From Anthoceros angustus (taxonomy: Eukaryota > Plantae > Anthocerotophyta), in contig VJWM01000106.1 in assembly GCA_010909165.1 (NCBI GenBank), positions 186,001 through 250,000 on the forward strand: DNA of 64,000 bases, given 5' to 3'. Made by a program: the position numbers and the translations under genes. This document shows, piece by piece, positions 46,198 to 55,376 of the stretch. Positions within the stretch are counted from its first letter, which is position 1. Each line of letters opens with the position of its first letter. The notes beneath the pieces were generated by a model. That model saw nothing but the letters and a program-made list of their open reading frames with translations, did no database searches and was not told the origin of the DNA.

Positions 46198-47027
46198 AGC
46201 AGTGTCCTAGTGTGACCACAATAATAAAGGCTATTTCGCTTAGTTAGGAAATACTCTGAACTCACCTGATATGTATAAAAACGAGCTTGCCTTTAAATAG
46301 GAATAAGGTGCGAGGCATATATGTTTGCCTTATATTATGTGGAACAAGATAATGGAACAAAAATAGTGGATATTATCTCCGTCCACGCTGAAATTCTCAA
46401 AAATGATATGCTTGAAAATTATGTGCGTCTAGTTTTTATATATATATTTACATATATGTATATATATTTAAATACTTAGTTTAATTTTAATTTTACTTTG
46501 CCTTATGGCTTGCACTTGAAGACAAAAAATCCAATATGTACAAAAGAAGCTAGTAGCACAACAAAAGCTTAAACAAGAGTTGTGAGCACTAGACAAGGTG
46601 CAATCTAGTACACGCATAACAAGGTAACAGGGCATAACTCTAGAGCCCTTATGTAGGAATAAGGTGATCCGTTCTAATAAGGTGGTTACCAATTTGATAA
46701 TATAGTATTACATACTTGCACCACTAATCCGTTTATAGTATAACGATTCTACACCACTAGACCCTAAGATACTTTTTATTGTACACTTGCACACTGAGGT
46801 TGTTATCCTGCTAACTTATCTAGAACAATCTTATTTACACCTGCAATTCACAACACTTCAATTCAACTCGAGTTACCATTTGTGCCACCGTATTGGCAGT
46901 TTGGCACTATTTCCTCACGATAATCCATCCATACATTTTTTTTGGGTAAGGTAACTATACGTGTCTTCCTCTGTGCATAGGAGAGAGTCATGTTACACAA
47001 GTGAAAGCTGAATTTATTAGTAAACAA

Positions 47028-47124
47028 ATGAAGGACGTGAAGCCTTGGGACGAAGAGACGGACATGGTACAATTGGAAGAACATGTTCGTAGGGTCCAAA
47101 TACCTGGTCTTTGGTGGGGTGCCT
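47028..47124 (+). pseudogene. EF1B: Isolated exon fragment of translation elongation factor 1B (beta/delta)
   Basis: [32 protein letters not shown] is followed directly by the donor gtaagt; no other EF1B exons are visible. Confidence 0.85.
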
Positions 47125-48187
47125 GTAAGTATAAATCACAACTAAATTTTTAGCTCATCATATTTCGGTGTCTAATAATAATTCTCCTTCCAATCTTTAG
47201 TCATATTTCTGATTTTCTTGCTGGGTTTGCAACACTCAATACAAGTCTGTCGGTATAATAAAAATTTTTATATTTGAATCAATATATTTTTCTTCTAGAA
47301 TTTTGTGCTAATAATTGATGTAACAGAAAAGTATGAAATTTACCCATGTAGAACATGATGAATTTGCCAAAAACTTAACCCAAGAATACCAAAACGGCTC
47401 AAACCCTTGTAAAGGATGGTAGAGATTAAAGATCTTTACAATATTTTTGAAGAGACCTCAAGCCCGGTAAAAAAGAGCATCCAAACCGGAGACCTTAAGG
47501 TTAAAAACAGAGCAACCAAGCTCCAGTGGCTCGAGTCAGCTAAAGCGCCTACGATGTGAAAAGTTGGGAGATTGCCTACATACCACCAACCTCGGTGGTA
47601 TGAAGATGCATCTCCCGCAGGTATGTACATATAAAGCGGTTTCACTTGTGTGGAACACCGGCATCTCGAATCCCGAAACACCGCCAAACTCTAGAATTGG
47701 AAGACTCTTTTAGACTTCATTTCATGGAGAGACTCCTCCAACTGCAGCTCGGTCCTGAGGCCCAGACAAGGCCACGGCCATGGCAACATCCTACCTCACC
47801 CAAATTTGTAACTTGAGAAGCTCGTTTGGATCGATTGAAATGGATTCACCAGCGTGCTTTGCAGCTCAATGTGCTGCCTCGGGGAACGAGGATTCGAAAT
47901 TTACAGCGCTTTGGGTTCCAGTTGGCAGCTGCAGAGGCAGAGGCCGAGGCATTGGGGGAAGAACTGTGGGTGTGGAGGTGTTCATCAGGGCCTCCCCAGT
48001 TGTGACCGCGCTGAGAACGCGTTGCGCCTCTCCACACTGCGCTTAGCGGACACGGCACTCGATTTCGGGATGGGAATCCACGCGGATAGGGTTTGCCTTG
48101 CATTTTGCAGGCTCCAGGGCATTCCTGTCCGAAAATGAGTGGAAAGCATGAAGGCTTTCGGGGGTTGGAGAGTGGAGACTCTGGCCA

Positions 48188-49658
48188 GAGGAGCTGCCCG
48201 AGACTCTGCTGGCTAGCGTCTTGAAGTCGGTTGTTATTCCGGATTTCCTTGACAGATGAGCTGAAATAGCGTGTGATGCGATTCGAGATATTGCGGATAG
48301 AGGATCTGCCCGGACTGCGCCATGCGCATGTGCGATCCGAGGGATGTCGGATAGGGGAGCTGACCGAGGATGTGATGCCATCCGGGAGATGGCGGACCAA
48401 GGAGCTGCCCGAGGATCTGCTGGTCCAGGAGAACGTCTTAGCTCCGTTACCGGCCACACAGGAGCTGCCAGAGAATGGGGTGGAAATCGTGTTCGGACAG
48501 CTTCCCGCACTGCGTCTGGCACAGGTGCGATCCGGGAGATCCCCGATGGAGGAGCTGCCGGACGATCTGCTGGAGCATATCTTCGCTAGGTTAACGGCCG
48601 TGTGCCTGGCACGGCTGCGATCAGTGTGCAGGGCGTCGAACAAATGTGTCACTTCTCATGCTGTGGCCGGTCCACAGAAGCCCTGGTTGCTCTTCTGCCG
48701 CACGATGCCTCGCTAGGAATCGCACTCGGCGTCTGTCCGCCTCCGCCGCAACAGCGGCTTCCGCAAGAGAGTCATGTTCCGCGCCTTGGACCCGGTTTCT
48801 TCCCGGTGGTACAAGATGTGGCTTCCCATGGCCGGATGCGGCCAGGTGGAGCTGGGCAAAGGCGGAGGTTGCTCGGCTCTGGTGCTGCTGCGGGAGCGGT
48901 CCTGGAAGGAGTCACATTGGCACTACTGGGTGGGCAATCCCTTACGCGGCGGGCGCTGGGAAACCTGAGAAACCTGGCTCCCGCATCACCTGATCGTGGA
49001 CGACCTCACCAAGGGTTTCAAAATCCTTCGCTTCCGTTTACGAGCTGACTATTATACGGCGTCCATCTATGATTCTGGTGAGCGCCGGTGGAGGAAGGGG
49101 CATGGACAGTGGTTCTTGGTGGCTGGGGACCTTCACCTGGCAGGTTGTACCACGTCCAAAGACGTAGTCCACTGGATGTTCAAAGGCGAAGACTGCAGGC
49201 TTGTGGACACTTTGGGCTACGTGGAGGAGCAGGATCGGTTTCAGAAATTGTATCATGGTTTCTTGAGCCCATGGGTGACTTCCAGGCGACTGCCTTCCTC
49301 TTTGTAGACAGCACGGTGGACGACAATGTGGTGGACGACACTGTGGACTGACGTCACAGAGCTCCTGCGCTTCTTGAATTCAGAGATTGCGACGAGTGGG
49401 GGCATCGTCAGGAGTGGGAATTTCATCTTTGCCAGGCTTTCGCAGGGCAAGGATGCGACTGACGTCCACGAATCCAGACTCATGCCAGAACCCGTGATCG
49501 ACTTCGATCCTGAGCGCCTCCAAATTGCAGGGAGTTTGGGCATGTTGGACCCACGTAAGCTCTGTATTTTGATATATGATTTGGATGTAAGCACGAGAGC
49601 GGGAATAGGTGCCCGGACGTACTACGCACTCGGAGGAAGAGCCGTATCAACCGCGTGA
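48188..49658 (+). pseudogene. F-box protein pseudogene with three in-frame stop codons
   Basis: F-box ELPDDLLEHIFARLTAVCLARLRSVCRA. ORF pieces at 48273, 48774, 48996 and 49326 share one frame, separated by TAG (48714), TGA (48966) and TAG (49305). Downstream motifs ALDPVSSRW, GNPL, FKIL and IYDSGERRW are F-box-associated-like. Confidence 0.8.
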
Positions 49659-49968
49659 GTTTTCGATTGCCACTTTCCTCCCCCGGTTTGATGTTAGAAA
49701 CCCGTGAGCTCTTAATCTTGAGATTAGATTCATAACGAATGAAATTTTTTAAATTCAAATAAAATAAATTTCTTCTTCTTCTTTATATTACATCGTTAAG
49801 CGGGTTTTAAAAAACTGGATTAATTATATCTTTTTAATTAATTTTAAATTTTAAATTTTCAAAATAATATAATACCAAAGGACATACTCTCGAGTTCACG
49901 TTCGCTTGGCTATGTTTTCAATACTTAGGTCATATAGGCAGGTGGGCACCTAGCTAGCCTCATTCCAT

Positions 49969-50692
49969 TTGTTCGCTCCTTCTACGGTTCTCCGGCCAAT
50001 CTCTACTATCAACATGGTCCTCAAGGCGTTTGCCTCCACTCCACTGGATTTTTCCAGACGGAGCCATTATACATTGCGTAATGGCGTGTCACTCAGGGCG
50101 GACCTTTTTTATACTAGGGGGGAGCAAATTTATATCGTTGATGTGGTTGTCACAGATCCCACGAGAGACTCTATAAGCGAGCATGTCATCATCAACCCCC
50201 CGGGCTGGGCGGCGGAAGGATGCGCAACCCGCAAGACTCACAAGTACTCTACTCTCCAAGACGGCCATGTTTTCATCCCCCTCGCCCTTGAGACTCATGG
50301 GGCTATGGGCAAGGACTTCTCTAGGTTAATTAAGGAGTGTGCCAAAGCCTATCATAGCCAGTGGAATTGGAGGGCCTCCCCTTTCCTCCGTGGTGGCTTT
50401 CGCCAAGCCCATAGCTCGCAGAAGCGCCGGCTAACGCTGTTTATAGGACAGCTACGTGCGCAGGACTAGCGGCTTCTTCGGCACCGGTGGTAGGTAGGCC
50501 CTTCATCATCCCTGATCACAATATCATTGGTGCAGTAGGTAGTTATGAGAAAGGCATTCGAGGGGACTAGGACTTCCCCTTTTACTATTAGCCCTTTTTG
50601 GGTTGTTCCTCCTCAGACTTCAGGGGTAGATGGGATTCCCCATCTCGCCTATTAATAACGTCTCTCGCCTATTAATAACGTCTACTCTTCTC
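49969..50692 (+). mobile_element. 5'-truncated non-LTR retrotransposon with a restriction-like endonuclease (CRE-like), plus 3' UTR
   Basis: RADLFYTRGEQIYIVDVVVTDP (PD-D/ExK type), AA...RKTHKY, FIPLALETHGAMG; frameshifted tail; no RT or zinc knuckle in the window. Confidence 0.75.
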
Positions 50693-50742
50693 GGTTTTTC
50701 ATATATAGGTAAGAGGGACAGTGCGACCTGTCCTACACGGAG

Positions 50743-50878
50743 TTCCTTATACAAAGTTCTAAGCGCGTTTATAAAATTATTGAAGATCACACCTGCATTC
50801 ATAGAGTTGCAATTCCTTATACAAAGTTCTAGCCGTAGTTGTAAAATTATTGAAGATCACACCTGCATTCATGGAGTT
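50743..50878. repeat. 70-bp tandem duplication
   Basis: ttccttatacaaagttcta...taaaattattgaagatcacacctgcattcat.gagtt x2. Confidence 0.9.
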
Positions 50879-52027
50879 ATATAGCTTCAACAGCTATCGT
50901 ATTACGTCATCTAAATTGAACAGGTTCAAGACCTGGTAGTTGTGGTTGAGGAGCGGACAGACTTACGGAGGTTCGAACGTCGCATTACGTTAACCAAATG
51001 GAGCAGGTCCAAGCCCTCCTCGCCGTTGTTGAGGAGGGGCCAAAATTCACTAAATACGACGCGGCCAATCGCAAGCGGAAAGCCTGTCAAAGATGCCGAG
51101 TTGCGGACTATTTCATTATAAGGCACTGAGCGACGGGGAAGTAGTAGACACAGTGAAAGTTTGCCCTTTTCCCACATACTCCTTCCTCACGTCTAGTATG
51201 TGCTGTAAATCTACCGAGCTGCTCTAGGCGAGCAACCTCAAATTACTCCTGTTGTAAGGCCAGCGAGAGTCACTCTCGTATGTACGATAATGCCTCCCTG
51301 CTATACAAATCCTGGTTGATGATGGAATAATGAACGGCAAGTCCAAGTCTTCATAATCACAAGCCGCAAGGTCGGCCAGTATTCTGTTCTATCCACGTCG
51401 GTTGATAGAAACGCATTAAATTCCGAACACTGCACCACCTGGGTCATAACCAGAGTAGAATGAGCAAGTAGCAGATGATGGCATGGCCAAGAGATGAAAG
51501 ACTGGAACATCTTGCAGAGTCAGCCATCCCCAAGATACAGCTTATACCTGTAGGCCGTTCTCTTCTCATGCAACTGCGAATCTGCCTGTCCTCCTCTCCT
51601 TCTCACACTCTTGAAAGGAGCAGAATGAACAGGAGAGAGCTGGATCTCTGGGAGGTGGTGAGTACGAGACGTCATAAGCACCACGATGCCCTACATTAGT
51701 CCGCCACGGTTATCCAGTGCCAAACCCTTTGAACTGATAGCTCTCAGCTTTCGAAGGTTGTGAAGCAGACATCATGCACAACACTCAATGATAACTTCAC
51801 ATTGTCAGAGAGGTACTCCACTTACATCAGAAACCTCCGGGCAGTGCTGGGTGCTATAAAGGTAACAGAAACAGGCATGTGACTCGAGATAATCTGGGCA
51901 CGAACTGCACCCGGCTTCATGAAAAAAGGACCTGCCAGGTAATGCATTGTTATGGAGAAAAAGTTGGTTAGTCACATGACCTCTTCCGATCACCTGCAAA
52001 GTAAATACCTGGAGACTGTGGCTTGCT

Positions 52028-54802
52028 TCAGGCTTTGAGACAGTCGGCTCCTCCTTTCAACTTTGTGCTCAACTCTTCCAGCAGCTCATACAGCACTGCT
52101 TCTTGTTTGTGCCTACGGTCCCCCACCAGAAAAGAGTGCACCTCTTTCTCATGCTCAATCCAGCTTCGCCCAGGCTCCTTCCATGCACCTGCCCTCTGTC
52201 TCAACTCATCAATCTCCTTTGCTTTATGGCACATGCCAGCATCAGCATACATGTTAGACATGAGCACGTAAGCTGCAGCTTGTCTAGGCACTAATTGGAT
52301 GGCACCATCAAAGGCTCGCCGCCCGACTGCCAGATTACCATGTTTTCGGCAGGCGCTCAGCAAGCACAACCATACAGGCAGATCCGGCTGCATTGGCATT
52401 TGTGACAAAAGATCTTCTGCCTTCTCAATGAGGCCTGCCCGGCCAACCACATCTATCACACAAGCATAATGCTCGAGGTCTGCAGGAATGCCATAGTCTC
52501 TGGTCATGCTTTCAAAGTATGCCACACCTTCTTCTACCATGCCGGCATGACTGCAGGCAGATAGGAGTGCCAAGAATGTCACTCTGTTGGGTTGCAAGCC
52601 TGCACCACACATTTCGTCATAACATTTCATACTCATTTCACAAAGGCCTAGACGGGAGTACCCAGTCATTAGTGCCGTCCAAGACACCACGTCCAGCTCA
52701 GACAATGAGTCAAATACACGCTGAGCATCAGCCATGCTCCCACATTTTCCATAGGCATGAATCAGACTGGTTGCCAGAGACAGACTGCACTCCAATCCAC
52801 TTTCCACAATTCTTCTGTGAGTTTGTTCACAGATGCCGAAGGCCCCTGTACTGCTGCATGCTTCCAGAACGGAGATATATGTTGCCTCTTCCAACTGCAC
52901 GCCTGACTCCAGCATCTGCCCATAAATCTGCAATGCTTTTTCTCCTTGCTCATGCTGAATGTAGGCAGAAATCATACCAGACCACGACACTACATTACGC
53001 ACTGACATTTTATCGAACACCTGCTGTGCATCCGGAATGCTTCCGCACTTTGCATACATGCTGACCAAACTGCTACCAACAAAAACGTCAAGGTCAAATC
53101 CCAGCACAGAAGCTGCAGCGTGCACACCTTTGCCCTGTCTCAGAGACTCGGCCTTCACCATTTGCCCATCCATAAATGTACTTTCCTCATTTTCAGCTAA
53201 GCTGGCACATCCTTGAAGAGTGCTGACAAAAGTGCGTGTATCTGGTCTCACACCTTCCTCTTGCATTTGCAGGTAAGTCTGCAAGGCCTTGTCTCCTTGA
53301 CCCTGCTGAGCATAAGCTGCAAGCATGGCATTCCATGAAACCACGTTACGTTGAGACAACCTGTCGAATACCTGCTCCGCATCCATGATGCTCCCGCACT
53401 TTGCATACATACTCACAAGAGTGTTACATAGGAAAATGTCTGATCGCACACCACTGGCTGTGGCTGCAGCATGTATTTCCTTTCCCTTCCTCAGTGAGCA
53501 CACCTTGACACTCAGCCCATCTAGTGCACTTTCCTCCTGTTCTCCAAGTGTGCCACATGCATTTAGGGCACTAACAAAGGTCCATGCATCTGGCTGCACG
53601 CCCTCTTTCTGCATTTGAGCATAAACCTCCAAGGCCCTTTCTCCTTGGTTCTGCTGAGCATAAGCTGAAAGGAGTGCATTCCATGACACTACGTTGTGCT
53701 GAGACAGACAATCAAAGACCTGCTGAGCATCCATGATGCTTCCACACTTGGCATACATACTCACCAGAGTGCTACCCAGAAAGACATCTGAATCAAAACC
53801 CCTGGCAGTGGCTGCAGCATGTATCTCTTTCCCTTTCCTCAGAATGTCAACCTTGGCAGAGTGGACATCTGACAGTGCACCCTCTTCATTCTCAGCAAGC
53901 AAGCCACAGGCTTGCACTGCACTGACGAAGGTCCGAGAATCGGGTCTGACACCTTCCTCCAGCATCTGCTCATAGATACGCAATGCTTTTCCTCCTTGGT
54001 TTTGCTGAGCATAAGCTGCCAACATTGCATTCCATGAAACTACGTTGCGCACAGGTAACCTATCAAACACCTGTTGAGCATCCATAATGCTCCCACACTT
54101 TGCATACATACTGACCGAAATGCTACCCACAAATACGTCAGACTCAAACCCAAGCTTCAGAGCATGGCTGTGAATCCGCCTACCCTCCTGCAGATCTTCT
54201 AATTTGCTGCACGCTCTCAGCAGGCTCACAAATGTATACTGGTTGGGCTGCACACCTTCCCTCTGCATTTGCTCGTAGCATGACAGGGCTTGCTGGCACT
54301 GATCAGCGTTGACATAGCCCGAGATGATGGCTGTCCAACAGTGAACTGTTCGGTATGACAACCTCTGAAATAGCTGGAAGCCATCTGCAAAACTTCCACA
54401 GTTAACCAGAGTGGTAACCACAAAGTCCCCTAACACGGTGTCCAACTCTAACCCGTTTCTAACCAAATGCGCATGTACCTGCTTGGCCTGAGCGAGAGCT
54501 TTGGCCTTTCTTTTGGCACAAGCCTGCAGAAGCTGTTTATACATGTCAACCGAAGGCACCCTGCCCAGTTGGTCCATGCGGACCAGGGCAAGGAGGGCAT
54601 TGTCCAGCCGGCCCTCTTGGCGTAGGCTCGCTAAATCAAATGCCACCTTGGAATCAACAACAGAGTCCTTCGTACTGCATCTGTGAAGTGCCGTGCTGCC
54701 GTATCTGGCAGCTAGCCATCCACAACTTGGTAGCAAAGACATTCTCAGAAACGTGACTCCTTCCAACCTTAGCCCGAAAGCTGAGTGGGAATACGTGAAC
54801 AT
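52028..54802 (-). CDS. PLS-class PPR protein (PPR4) with elongated L motifs, E+ subclass
   Basis: 924-aa ORF; ends WKEPGRSWIEHEKEVHSFLVGDRRH...KLKGG; no DYW domain; presequence-like N-terminus. Confidence 0.93.
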   Translation of the reverse strand: MFTYSHSAFGLRLEGVTFLRMSLLPSCGWLAARYGSTALHRCSTKDSVVDSKVAFDLASLRQEGRLDNALLALVRMDQLGRVPSVDMYKQLLQACAKRKAKALAQAKQVHAHLVRNGLELDTVLGDFVVTTLVNCGSFADGFQLFQRLSYRTVHCWTAIISGYVNADQCQQALSCYEQMQREGVQPNQYTFVSLLRACSKLEDLQEGRRIHSHALKLGFESDVFVGSISVSMYAKCGSIMDAQQVFDRLPVRNVVSWNAMLAAYAQQNQGGKALRIYEQMLEEGVRPDSRTFVSAVQACGLLAENEEGALSDVHSAKVDILRKGKEIHAAATARGFDSDVFLGSTLVSMYAKCGSIMDAQQVFDCLSQHNVVSWNALLSAYAQQNQGERALEVYAQMQKEGVQPDAWTFVSALNACGTLGEQEESALDGLSVKVCSLRKGKEIHAAATASGVRSDIFLCNTLVSMYAKCGSIMDAEQVFDRLSQRNVVSWNAMLAAYAQQGQGDKALQTYLQMQEEGVRPDTRTFVSTLQGCASLAENEESTFMDGQMVKAESLRQGKGVHAAASVLGFDLDVFVGSSLVSMYAKCGSIPDAQQVFDKMSVRNVVSWSGMISAYIQHEQGEKALQIYGQMLESGVQLEEATYISVLEACSSTGAFGICEQTHRRIVESGLECSLSLATSLIHAYGKCGSMADAQRVFDSLSELDVVSWTALMTGYSRLGLCEMSMKCYDEMCGAGLQPNRVTFLALLSACSHAGMVEEGVAYFESMTRDYGIPADLEHYACVIDVVGRAGLIEKAEDLLSQMPMQPDLPVWLCLLSACRKHGNLAVGRRAFDGAIQLVPRQAAAYVLMSNMYADAGMCHKAKEIDELRQRAGAWKEPGRSWIEHEKEVHSFLVGDRRHKQEAVLYELLEELSTKLKGGADCLKA

Positions 54803-54945
54803 GAACCAGACATAAACCTCCCACCACAGATTATTGAACCCTTTTCAACACAGTCTGAAGAGCTGAATCAGTCACCTTCACTCGCCAGCATTTGCGACCA
54901 CTTCACAGGTCATCCATCACGTGTAACACTCAGACTTCTTACATA

Positions 54946-55111
54946 GTTAAATTCCAACACAAAACTCCCAAACCCACATCCCCCCATGTGTGGCACAAGA
55001 GCCAGACAACGAACATCAAGGTGACAATGTTAAATTCCAACACAAAAATCCCAAACCCACATCCCCCCATGTGTGGCACAGGAGCCAGACAACGAACATC
55101 AAGGTGACAAT
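54946..55111. repeat. 83-bp tandem duplication between the divergent PPR4 and GEX2-like genes
   Basis: gttaaattccaacacaaaa...cccacatccccccatgtgtggcaca.gagccagacaacgaacatcaaggtgacaat x2. Confidence 0.9.
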
Positions 55112-55376
55112 GCATCACCCGGACCTTGACTTAGGTTTTGAATCTGAAGTGATGCTCATTTGATACTTGGCGGTACCTGCGGCGGTCCAAATTAACTGTT
55201 TCTGAAGACGTCGGTGTTGGCAGAAATTGGTCTTCTGGGTTTGTGCACTTACAGCTTCATCGTCCTGGAGCTTCATGATCCTTGATCGATCATGAAGCTC
55301 CGGGAGAATGGGGGATGGGAGTTCAGATGGTTGGCCGCATCACTACAATTTTGACAATCTCTGAAAACAATTTCAG

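Larger units (their letters stand above)
44580..47460. mobile_element. AT-rich insertion-like island carrying gene fragments (possible gene-capturing transposon)
   Basis: Abrupt AT enrichment relative to the flanking genes; contains a CCCH ORF, an isolated EF1B exon and a G-rich tandem repeat. No TIR, TSD or Helitron end found. Confidence 0.4.

Noticed and set aside
44580-47700. Helitron or TIR termini for the AT-rich island
   Set aside because: Several CTAG sites were inspected but none has an adjacent GC hairpin, and no terminal inverted repeat or TSD was found, so the element class is left open.
51200-51700. Minus-strand frame that reads protein-like with scattered stops
   Set aside because: No family recognised and no second copy in the window to support it.
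51870-52000. RSFFHEAGCSSCPDYL downstream of PPR4 resembles the DYW terminus (HHF..G.CSC.DYW)
   Set aside because: It is in a different frame after the stop, only ~50 codons away, and has no HxE or CxxC zinc ligands; probably chance.
4134-55111. Two unrelated tandem duplications both have an 83-bp period (4134 and 54946)
   Set aside because: The sequences are not similar to each other; treated as coincidence.
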